NCBI GenBank assembly: GCA_038890745.1
Contig: JAWAFD010000002.1
Span: 96,001-160,000, forward strand
DNA: 64,000 bases
Origin: Candidatus Anstonellales archaeon
GTDB taxonomy: Archaea; Micrarchaeota; Micrarchaeia; Anstonellales; J096
Direction: 5' to 3'
The notes beneath the pieces were generated by a model. The model made no database searches. It was not told the DNA's origin and was given only the letters and a program-made list of their open reading frames with translations. The position numbers and the translations under genes were made by a program. This document shows, piece by piece, positions 55,642 to 64,000 of this stretch (position 1 is the first letter of the stretch; each line of letters begins with the position of its first letter).

Positions 55642-56415
55642 CTATTTTTCTGGAATGTATATTACGGAGTATCTTCCATCGTTGATCATTATTGTATCCC
55701 TGATTTCCAAAGCAGAGGCTGCCCTGTAGAAGAGATCCACGCTGTCTGCGGATGAAAAAGTTGCGAATCTGCTGCTCAGCAAAATGTTCGCAAGCCCGTA
55801 GTGCATCGCCCCAACTAAAACTATTGGTTTTTCGCTGTTTCTCATAATTTTTTTTACCATTTCTGCCATGTATTCCTCTCTTTTGTCTATAAGCCAAAAC
55901 GGATAGTTATAAGGAGTCGGTATTTCGTTTGATGGAACATCTATTGCGTAAACCTCCATACCAACAGAGTAAGCGGCGTCTATGAGCACATACATACTTT
56001 CCGCGGTTTTGTCTGGATAATGAGACCTTAAAAAGTTTAGAAACATCTCCTCCCCTTGACTTACCTCTCCCCCCATATTCCTAAGCTTTACTATCATTCT
56101 CATAAAATGGAGATATTCTTGCCAGTCTGATGGCATCTCTAAGCACAGGCAGGAGTAACCTTTCTCGTGGAATTCCTGCATTTTAGAAGCAAGAAAATAC
56201 CTTTGGAAGTTTTTCTCATGGTTCTCGCCGAATATCAAAACGTTCGCTCCGGCTGTTAGCGAATCTATGCTTACTTTCCTGCTTTTGTTGGCTATTTCTT
56301 TTTTCCACTCCTCAACGATGAGAGAGTCTTGGGCAGTTAGTTGAGTAAAATTTCTGTTCAGAGTAGGCTTCACAACCGGTAAAAACACGAGCATACCTGT
56401 TACCAAAACCCCCAT
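55642..56415 (-). CDS. ChaN/EreA/TraB (Tiki) superfamily-like protein
   Basis: VLIFGENH, LCLEMP, REEYMA and LVGAMH motifs. Confidence 0.55.
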   Translation of the reverse strand: MGVLVTGMLVFLPVVKPTLNRNFTQLTAQDSLIVEEWKKEIANKSRKVSIDSLTAGANVLIFGENHEKNFQRYFLASKMQEFHEKGYSCLCLEMPSDWQEYLHFMRMIVKLRNMGGEVSQGEEMFLNFLRSHYPDKTAESMYVLIDAAYSVGMEVYAIDVPSNEIPTPYNYPFWLIDKREEYMAEMVKKIMRNSEKPIVLVGAMHYGLANILLSSRFATFSSADSVDLFYRAASALEIRDTIMINDGRYSVIYIPEK

Positions 56416-56541
56416 GTTTATCTTTATGTAAATAAATGAATTTAAACCTTTGCCCCCTCATTTTCACATAAAACCATTAATATAAACATTTAAAAATCTT
56501 TCTCTACATAATAGTTATTAAAAAGGGTTAAAGGTGTAAAT

Positions 56542-56949
56542 ATGAAAACAAAAAACCTGTACGCGGTTGAAAGGGGTGAAAACCTGCTCATAGGTGCTGT
56601 GCGTGCAGGGGATATACCACAGATAAAAGTTTTAATAAAAAAACAGAAAAACCTGGAAGTAAGGGATATGTACGGAATGACCCCACTCATAGGTGCCGCT
56701 CTTGATGGGAATACAGAAGCGGTATCCCTTCTTCTTGAAGCTGGCGCAGATGTAAACGCTCAGGATAATTATGGCAGAACAGCCCTGATATACGCTGCGA
56801 TATGGGGGCATGCAGAGATTGCAAAAATTCTCCTTGAGCATGGTGCAAACACAAAAATAATGGATGAGTATGGAATGAATGCAGAGATGTGGGCCGTGCA
56901 TCAGGGAAACATGCTCATAGCGAATCTAATACGGTGGCGAGAGAGATAA
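56542..56949 (+). CDS. Ankyrin repeat protein
   Basis: GMTPLIGAA..GN...V.LLLEAGADVN and GRTALIYAA..GH....LLEHGAN repeats. Confidence 0.92.
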   Translation: MKTKNLYAVERGENLLIGAVRAGDIPQIKVLIKKQKNLEVRDMYGMTPLIGAALDGNTEAVSLLLEAGADVNAQDNYGRTALIYAAIWGHAEIAKILLEHGANTKIMDEYGMNAEMWAVHQGNMLIANLIRWRER

Positions 56950-57027
56950 AAAATAAAAATAGCTTTCGCCTTTTGCCGATTTGATTTTCGCTAATTTTAA
57001 AAACATTCCCTCTAAATACGAGAGCAC

Positions 57028-58854
57028 ATGGACTTTTCATTCAAAATAGGAGGGGCTGCTGGAGAAGGAGTAATGGTGATGGGAAGGACAGCCGGAAAAC
57101 TTTTTACACGAGGAGGGTATTATGTTTTTGGGTATCCAGAGTATCCTTCCCTCATCCGCGGCGGCCATAACTCCTATCAGGTAAGAATAAGCGATGAGAA
57201 AATTCTTTCACCCTCAAAATACACAAACATCGTTGTTGCGCTGAACAAAAACGGGGTTAAATTCCACAAGGATTCTCTTGCAAAAGATGGTATTCTTCTT
57301 TACGATTCTTTGATAGACATTTCAGGAACAGAGGTTAGGGAGGATATTATAAAATGTCCCCTCCCTGTCCTGGATTTGTTAAAGGAGGCAAACGCGGAAC
57401 CGAGGATGGCAAACGTTCTTTTTCTTGGTGCGATGATCGCCCTTGTGAAATACCCCATAGAGATGCTCAACGAGATAATCCGGCAGGAGTTTTCAAGAAA
57501 GGGAGAGGAGATAGTTAACAAAAATATTTCTGCTGCAAGGGTAGCTTATGAGTATGTAATAAAAAACTTCAAGACCCCAATAGACATAAAACCGATTGGT
57601 CAGCCAAAGGTTTACATCTCAGGAAACGAGGCTGTTGGTGTTGGGGCTATAGCAGCAGGGATGAGATTTTTTGCTTCCTATCCCATGACCCCGGCAACAA
57701 ACCTCCTTCACTTTCTTGTTCAGAAGCAAAAGGATGAAAAAATAGTTCTTGTTCAAACAGAGGACGAGATCACAGCAGCGCAGATGATGATAGGTGCTTT
57801 CTATGCAGGTGCGAGAGGGATGGTAGGCACAAGCGGAGGAGGGTTTGCTCTTATGACAGAAAGCGTTGGGATGTCTGCTCTTGCAGAAACCCCATCAGTT
57901 TTCTACATTGCTCAGCGGGTTGGCCCGAGCACAGGCATGCCTACATGGACAGAGCAAGGAGATATTTTCCAGGTTCTTGGCGCAGGCCAGGGTGAGTTTC
58001 TGCGCATAATCCTTGCACCCGGCGATGTTGAGGAATGCTTCTACCAAACAGCAGAGGCGTTCAACCTTGCAGAAAGATATCAGCTCCCTGTTTTTATTCT
58101 TTCAGATAAGTTTTTGGCAGAGAGCCATTACACTGCTGATGCTGATTCCCTGAATGCTGAAAAAATAAAAATAGATAGAGGAAAGGTTGCAAGCAACCTT
58201 GCTCCACTTGCAGAAGGCGAAAGGTTTCATCGCTACATGATTACAGAGGATGGGATCTCGCCGAGGACTTTTCCGGGAATGGAAAACGGCGAGCATGTTG
58301 CATCGAGCTATGAGCACAGGGAGGATTCTTTCACAACAGAGGACTTTGACATGCGTGCAGAGCAGGTTAATAAAAGGGCAAAAAAACTCGAGAGGATTTT
58401 AGAAGAGAGCTGGGAGCCGAATGTTTATGGAGACGGAAGTTTTACCCTTGTTGTTTGGGGGAGCCAGAAGGGACCTGCATTAGAAGCTCAAAAGCTTCTT
58501 AAAACCGAGGGAATAGATTTCCGCGTTGTTCATTTCTCCTGGCTCTATCCGCTAAATAAGGATAAGGTTTCAAAAATTCTTGGAAACGGGAAAAAAATAA
58601 TCGCAGAAAACAATTCAACCGCAATGTTCGCGAAACTTCTAAAGATGGAAACAGGAATTGAATTTGATACAACCATTCTCAAATACACCGGAAGGCAATT
58701 CTTCCCCGAGCAGCTTGCCATGGCTATAAAAGAGGGTATGAATGGAAGAAGAAAAATAGTAATAAAGGAAGGGTTTGACAATTTTGAGTTTTACTACCCA
58801 TGGAAATACGAAGTTGCTGAAAAGAAGGAGGAGAAGAGCGAGGTGAGCGTATGA
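57028..58854 (+). CDS. korA: 2-oxoacid:ferredoxin oxidoreductase subunit alpha (fused gamma-alpha)
   Basis: GGAAGEG, YPSLIRGGH, YPMTPA, EDEI, TSGGGF and QRVGPSTGMPT motifs. Confidence 0.92.
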   Translation: MDFSFKIGGAAGEGVMVMGRTAGKLFTRGGYYVFGYPEYPSLIRGGHNSYQVRISDEKILSPSKYTNIVVALNKNGVKFHKDSLAKDGILLYDSLIDISGTEVREDIIKCPLPVLDLLKEANAEPRMANVLFLGAMIALVKYPIEMLNEIIRQEFSRKGEEIVNKNISAARVAYEYVIKNFKTPIDIKPIGQPKVYISGNEAVGVGAIAAGMRFFASYPMTPATNLLHFLVQKQKDEKIVLVQTEDEITAAQMMIGAFYAGARGMVGTSGGGFALMTESVGMSALAETPSVFYIAQRVGPSTGMPTWTEQGDIFQVLGAGQGEFLRIILAPGDVEECFYQTAEAFNLAERYQLPVFILSDKFLAESHYTADADSLNAEKIKIDRGKVASNLAPLAEGERFHRYMITEDGISPRTFPGMENGEHVASSYEHREDSFTTEDFDMRAEQVNKRAKKLERILEESWEPNVYGDGSFTLVVWGSQKGPALEAQKLLKTEGIDFRVVHFSWLYPLNKDKVSKILGNGKKIIAENNSTAMFAKLLKMETGIEFDTTILKYTGRQFFPEQLAMAIKEGMNGRRKIVIKEGFDNFEFYYPWKYEVAEKKEEKSEVSV

Positions 58855-59702
58855 GTTTTGATGTTCCAGAAAAACCTCAATGGTGTCCTGGATGCGGGAA
58901 CTATCCCATCCTAACCGCACTTAAACAGGCACTTACAGAGCTGGATAAAAAAACGAGCGAAACGGTTATATGCTCAGGGGTTGGATGCGGAAGCAAAATC
59001 CCTCACTATTTAAGATGCTATGGGTATGAGGGTTTGCACGGCAGACCCCTTCCCTTAGCAGAAGGAATAAAGCTCGCTAACCCAAACCTTCTTGTGATTA
59101 CGATAGCCGGGGATGGGGATGGCTTAAGCGAGGGAACCCAGCACTTTGTGCATTCCGCAAGAAGAAACCATGATGTTAACTATTTTATTCAGGATAACCA
59201 ACTGTATGCCCTGACAACAGGTCAGGTTTCTCCGACAAGTTTGAAGGGGCTTAAAACAAAAACAACACCCGCAGGGAATACAGTTGAGCCAATAAAGACC
59301 ATCCCTCTGATGCTTTTGGTTGGTGCTTCCTTTGTTGCTACTGCCTTTGCAGGAGATATCCATCACATGAAAGAGGTTTTCAAAAAAGCAATTCAACATA
59401 AAGGCTTTTCTTTTGTAAATATCTACCAGCCATGCGTTACCTGGAACTCAATGAACACCTATGATTGGTGGAGGGAAAGGGTTTACAAACTGGAGGACGC
59501 GCATCATGATGTTAGTGATTGGGATGCTGCATTCAAAAAAGCAATGGAACCATACGAAAGCAATTTTACAAAATTTCCGATAGGTGTTTTCTACCAGGTT
59601 GAAAAACCACCTCTATACGACCGGGAAAAATGGGCGAGGGAAAATCCTCCAGTACAAGTTGAGAAAAGAGACGTATCCCATCTGATTAAAGAGTTTATGT
59701 AA
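58851..59702 (+). CDS. korB: 2-oxoacid:ferredoxin oxidoreductase subunit beta
   Basis: WCPGCG, SGVGC, HGRPLP, GDGDG...DNQLYALTTGQ.SPT and QPCVTWN motifs. Confidence 0.93.
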   Translation: MSFDVPEKPQWCPGCGNYPILTALKQALTELDKKTSETVICSGVGCGSKIPHYLRCYGYEGLHGRPLPLAEGIKLANPNLLVITIAGDGDGLSEGTQHFVHSARRNHDVNYFIQDNQLYALTTGQVSPTSLKGLKTKTTPAGNTVEPIKTIPLMLLVGASFVATAFAGDIHHMKEVFKKAIQHKGFSFVNIYQPCVTWNSMNTYDWWRERVYKLEDAHHDVSDWDAAFKKAMEPYESNFTKFPIGVFYQVEKPPLYDREKWARENPPVQVEKRDVSHLIKEFM

Positions 59703-59734
59703 AAACAGAAAAACAATAAAAAACAAAAGAAAAA

Positions 59735-62700
59735 CTATTTTTTCTGCCCTGTGCCAGCCCCCTCTGGGTTCACCTGCTCAGGTGGCGGAAGCTGTATTCT
59801 CTTTCCTTTTCCACCGCTTCCAGCCTCATTCGGCTCCACCTCTTCCGGCGGGGGTAGCAGTATAGATTTTGATACACTTACCTCATTCGTAGTTAGCGAC
59901 TCGCCTGCGTGGTTGTACATGTCCCATGCAGTTATCCTGTATCTGTATGTGTTTCCGCCGCTTACTGTGTCATCCTGGTACGGCCCGCTTGATACGTCAT
60001 CCAAGAATTCCCAAGGTCCTCCATTCGTGCTCCTTTCTATTCTGTAGAATTGAACAGAGCTTGCGCAATCATACGCTCCAGCGAATGTAACATTTACAAC
60101 CCCGAGTAGACTATCATAAACCGCCTCTCTGTAAGGGATCACAAACTTTGGCCCAGCCACATCAACCTTTATCTCATCATACCTTATCTCTCCTTCTCCC
60201 CCAAGGTTTCTGCACTGCGCAGCAACCCTAGCCGACCCTTCCTCGCACTGGAATGGGCCTATGTTTGAATATAATGTTAACATCCAATTGTTTACTATCC
60301 ATGGGTTTGTTGTAACTGTCTGCCAGTTGTCCCAATTTATATTATTCGGTATCTTTACATTCCCAACCCTGCACTCGCAGGCTACTCTAACCGCCTGATC
60401 CAGGTCGCTGTAAACTTTGAGGTTAGAATCCCATGTATCCGCTATTATGCTAGCCCCATCGTTTATCACCACATTTCTTAGAGGAGGCAATGGTTTTGGA
60501 ATACTGCTATCACTCGTATAATAGCTGTACCATGCCATCCCAGCATTTCCTGCTACATCAAAAGGAACTGCCCTGTACCTGTACACAACACCCGGTTGAA
60601 CATTCGTATCTACATACTTTCTTTCAAGCGCTGCGCTTCTGTTTTCGAGGAAGGTCCATGCTCCGGTTTGGTCATCCCATCTTGAAATCTCGTAAACATT
60701 CATCCCGCTTCCTCCATCCAAAGAATTTGGCCAGCTGAACTCTATATAGCACGGATACATTTTTATCATTGGGTCGATGGTTGGCATCCCACTCGGCTTC
60801 TCATCATCAAAGTTTATACTGTCGCTTACTATCTCACTCTCTCCGAATGCATTCCTGCATTGATAGTACACAGGAACGTTGTACTCATATCCGTAAACAT
60901 TCGGGTCAAGCGCGGGATAGCCGTCCATTACAAACGTTCTGCTTGCTGTATACCCCTCCCAATCAACGCTCCACACAACAATCTGTTGCTCGCTGTCCCA
61001 GTACCCATACCTGCATTCCTGGGCCGAATCAGCATGAAGCGTAAGCTGAACTGTTTCATAGTTTGTCCACACCGTATCCCCGCTATCCAAATCGCTTATG
61101 AGGATGCTTAAATTCGTTGGTGTTTGGTTTGTAACATTCACTATGTTTGTGTATGTTGAGTTTGAGTTCAAAACATTATCATACGCAACTATCAAATACT
61201 GGTATGTTGTGTTCCATGAGATGTTCATATCGGTTAAATTGCTATCTGCTGTTGTTGCTATCTGAGAGTACGCAGAGCCGTTCACAGACCTGAGCACAGC
61301 ATATCTCATCATTCCGCTGTGTGCATCGCTTCCATCCCAATCTACATCTATTCTCAATGGGTTTATGTTGAATATCGCAGCCGCATTCTCAACTGCAGGT
61401 GGAATCCCATCAAAGTTTATTGTGTCGTTTACTATTTCGCTTTCCCCAGCCATATTCCTGCACTGATAGAATACGAAAACATCTGATTGGTTCATCCCAG
61501 CCCCTACACTCTCCCCCATCAGAATAACCTGATAAGTTGTTGTGTACGGAACCCATCCAAAACCATACCCACCATACCATGTAATATCCCCTGCGTTCCA
61601 ATCCCAGTACCCATACCTGCACTCCTCTGCCAAATCAGCATGGAGAGTAAGGTTTACTGTTTGGTCGGTCCCATTCCCAGCCCAAACAACATTTCCAGTA
61701 TTCCTATCGCTTATCAATATTGTTAAGTTTTCCGGCGTAATGTTGTACGTAATATTATTAACAACAACTAAATTTGTCCATCCATCCTCTTGATTGAATG
61801 CATCATCCCAAACACTAATATAATAACGGTAAGTAGTATTTGTTGTGATGTTTAAGTCGGTCAGATTATTATCATAAGTATAGAATAGCTCAGCAGCAGA
61901 CCCATTAGTGTATTTTTGTATTCTATACATATAATAGCTGATGCCGCTTTCCAAATCATATGCATCCCATCTTACGTCTATCCAGTTGAATGTTTGGTTT
62001 GCGGTTGCGTTCTCAAGAACCGGGTCAATTCCATCATAGTTTATAGTATCGTTCACGATTGTTGAGTTTCCATAAGGATTGCTGCACTGATAGAAAACAG
62101 GAACATCTAACTGATACCTTCCTGTGCTTACATTCTCTCCCCTAAGCAATGTTTGGTCAGATGGTGTGTAATCCACCCACGCACCCCATACTATCTCTCC
62201 AGATGTCCAGTTCCACCATCCATACCTACAGTACTGCGCCAAGTCCGCATACAAAGTGAGATTTACGATTCTGCTCTGCGCATTTCCTGCCCATACCAAA
62301 TTCCCATTGTTCCTATCGCTTATTTCTATCGTTAAATTCTCGGGTGGGATTGTATTACTAACGTTCTCAACATAAACAGTGTTGCTTATTGTATAGTTTG
62401 AATTCTGCGCGAGGTCTACAGCATAAATTAGATAGGTGTAGTTTGTATCGTTCGTAAGATTCCAGTCAACATAGCCTGTTCCTGTTGTCCAGTCCACCAA
62501 ATCAAATGTTCCGCTTTCATTTACATCCCTATAAATTCCATAAAGCGCGATTCCAGACCCAACATCCCCACCATTCCAGTTTACATTTATCACAGGGTCG
62601 TTGTATACCGCGACCGCATTCTCAACCCACGGCGGAATTCCATCATAGTTTATAACATCGCTAATAATCCCGCTCGTTCCATAGGAATTTCTACATTGAT

Positions 62701-64000
62701 AATAAACAGCCACATTATAGTCATATCCTTGGCCATTGCTTATGTTTTGAGAAACAAGAGTAAATGCTCTTGTTGTTGCATAGTTCTCCCAACCGCTCCA
62801 CTGCACCTGCGCGCTTGTCCAGTTCCAATAACCATACCTGCATTGCTCAGCATTTGTCGCAGAAAGCTGGAGCATCACGTTTGTTGAATTTGTCCATTGG
62901 TCATCATTGTTTATTCTAATAAAGTTCACATTGGGCGGATTTCCTCCTCCTCCACCGCCCCCTCCGCCTCCTCCTCCGCCTCCTCCTCCACCCCCTCCAC
63001 CACCTCCGCCACCCTGGGTGGCGTTTCTATACTCTATGGAGTCAGAGGCGGTTCCTATACTTTCAGAGTTTTTATCAATACATTCATAATAAACTGTTTT
63101 CATTCCAAACCCATCGCTCAGAGTCCATCCCCTTTCTGTTCTGTATGTTTCCCATCCAGTCCATGGAGAATTCTCATTCTTATATCTGCAAAGATGCGCG
63201 TCTGTTGCATAAAGATAAAGGGTAACATACTGGGATGTTGTGTAAGGATCATTATTGTTTATCGTTATTCTTATTATCCTCTCCTTCTCTTTCTCTTCTT
63301 CCTTTTCCTTTTCCTCTTTTCCCCCTGCTCCTGCATCATACCCAACGCTAGCCTCGTTCCCGGCAGAGTCAACACACCTAACAAGAACATACCCGGTTAT
63401 TGCATAGGATTTTCCGTTGCTTCCTATCTCCTCATTTTTGTAAACAATCTGGTCATTAGAATAAATATCGCATTTTGTTGGCGTCATATCCTCAACAAAA
63501 ACCTTTACTCCATTTGTTTCAGGCTCGAGTGTGATTGCTGGTGGGGTTCCATCATAAATAATACTATCGCTAACAACCTCGCTTTCAGATTCATTGTTCC
63601 TGCATTTTGCAAAAACAGTTTTTTCTCCATCCCCTTCTGAAAGCACCCAGTACATCATGCTGGAATATCTGTCCCATCCCCACCCTCCCTTTTCATTCCT
63701 GAATGCGCACTCACTAGCCTTTGTTGCACTTATGTACAGCACGACATTTCTATTGTTTGTGTACTCTCCATCCCCAATTTTGAAGCTCAGGATTTTTGGC
63801 GGGGATACGAAAATAACCTCAACCTTATTGCTCGGTCCGCTCTCCCTTTCTCCGATTACAGCAGTAACCCAGAATGTATAATTTCCATCCTCTTTTAGGC
63901 TATAGGTGTATGTTGTTCCTTCAACAAGAATTGGATTAACCTTCGCGCCGTTCATGTATACATTGTACCCTTCAACACCAGCAGTGGGAGAAGGCTCCCA
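59735..64000 (-). CDS. Large extracellular protein with alternating Cys-containing Ig-like and FN3 domains and a poly-Gly linker; 5' end lies outside the window
   Basis: Frame is open to the window edge (WEPSPTAGVEGYNVYMNG); repeated CRYG.W...VYYQCRN..G units and FN3 Y.Y.I.A.D...N units. Confidence 0.8.
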   Translation of the reverse strand, partial: WEPSPTAGVEGYNVYMNGAKVNPILVEGTTYTYSLKEDGNYTFWVTAVIGERESGPSNKVEVIFVSPPKILSFKIGDGEYTNNRNVVLYISATKASECAFRNEKGGWGWDRYSSMMYWVLSEGDGEKTVFAKCRNNESESEVVSDSIIYDGTPPAITLEPETNGVKVFVEDMTPTKCDIYSNDQIVYKNEEIGSNGKSYAITGYVLVRCVDSAGNEASVGYDAGAGGKEEKEKEEEKEKERIIRITINNNDPYTTSQYVTLYLYATDAHLCRYKNENSPWTGWETYRTERGWTLSDGFGMKTVYYECIDKNSESIGTASDSIEYRNATQGGGGGGGGGGGGGGGGGGGGGGGGNPPNVNFIRINNDDQWTNSTNVMLQLSATNAEQCRYGYWNWTSAQVQWSGWENYATTRAFTLVSQNISNGQGYDYNVAVYYQCRNSYGTSGIISDVINYDGIPPWVENAVAVYNDPVINVNWNGGDVGSGIALYGIYRDVNESGTFDLVDWTTGTGYVDWNLTNDTNYTYLIYAVDLAQNSNYTISNTVYVENVSNTIPPENLTIEISDRNNGNLVWAGNAQSRIVNLTLYADLAQYCRYGWWNWTSGEIVWGAWVDYTPSDQTLLRGENVSTGRYQLDVPVFYQCSNPYGNSTIVNDTINYDGIDPVLENATANQTFNWIDVRWDAYDLESGISYYMYRIQKYTNGSAAELFYTYDNNLTDLNITTNTTYRYYISVWDDAFNQEDGWTNLVVVNNITYNITPENLTILISDRNTGNVVWAGNGTDQTVNLTLHADLAEECRYGYWDWNAGDITWYGGYGFGWVPYTTTYQVILMGESVGAGMNQSDVFVFYQCRNMAGESEIVNDTINFDGIPPAVENAAAIFNINPLRIDVDWDGSDAHSGMMRYAVLRSVNGSAYSQIATTADSNLTDMNISWNTTYQYLIVAYDNVLNSNSTYTNIVNVTNQTPTNLSILISDLDSGDTVWTNYETVQLTLHADSAQECRYGYWDSEQQIVVWSVDWEGYTASRTFVMDGYPALDPNVYGYEYNVPVYYQCRNAFGESEIVSDSINFDDEKPSGMPTIDPMIKMYPCYIEFSWPNSLDGGSGMNVYEISRWDDQTGAWTFLENRSAALERKYVDTNVQPGVVYRYRAVPFDVAGNAGMAWYSYYTSDSSIPKPLPPLRNVVINDGASIIADTWDSNLKVYSDLDQAVRVACECRVGNVKIPNNINWDNWQTVTTNPWIVNNWMLTLYSNIGPFQCEEGSARVAAQCRNLGGEGEIRYDEIKVDVAGPKFVIPYREAVYDSLLGVVNVTFAGAYDCASSVQFYRIERSTNGGPWEFLDDVSSGPYQDDTVSGGNTYRYRITAWDMYNHAGESLTTNEVSVSKSILLPPPEEVEPNEAGSGGKGKRIQLPPPEQVNPEGAGTGQKK
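62942..63013 (-). repeat. Poly-glycine tract, 24 GGN codons
   Basis: cct/ccg/cca/ccc run on the + strand. Confidence 0.95.

Noticed and set aside
62897..63640. 247-aa and poly-Pro ORFs on the + strand
   Set aside because: Antisense shadows of the poly-Gly surface protein

Overview
Archaeal chromosomal segment, probably a DPANN lineage such as Micrarchaeota. The lineage is inferred from the split rpoH-rpoB''-rpoB'-rpoA' cluster, radA, CDC48, GGGP synthase, class III signal-peptide pilins, compact gene packing and many orphan exported proteins. Housekeeping genes cover RNA polymerase, tRNA modification (Bud32, Sua5/TsaC, Trm56, TrmI), AlaX, nucleotide metabolism (guaAA, purE, pyrD/K), threonine catabolism (kbl/tdh), a 2-oxoacid:ferredoxin oxidoreductase and a tRNA-Ala(UGC) with a T-loop BHB intron. 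Three giant surface proteins and several TPR/HEAT/ankyrin orphans are interspersed. The most unusual signals are: (1) an 815-aa protein with five near-identical 84-aa HTH-like repeats that vary mainly in the putative recognition helix, a possible TALE-like modular DNA reader; (2) a 2.1-kb cassette flanked by 33-bp direct repeats that replaces the stop codon of an Rqc2/NFACT gene and fuses it to a transglutaminase-like/TPR module; (3) a shared palindromic operator at identical spacing upstream of the radA operon and an unannotated 35-aa ORF; (4) a membrane-associated M23 peptidoglycan-hydrolase-type domain; (5) two copies of a nested-hairpin element, one covering the trm56 start codon. All product calls come from motif recognition by eye; no database searches were run.
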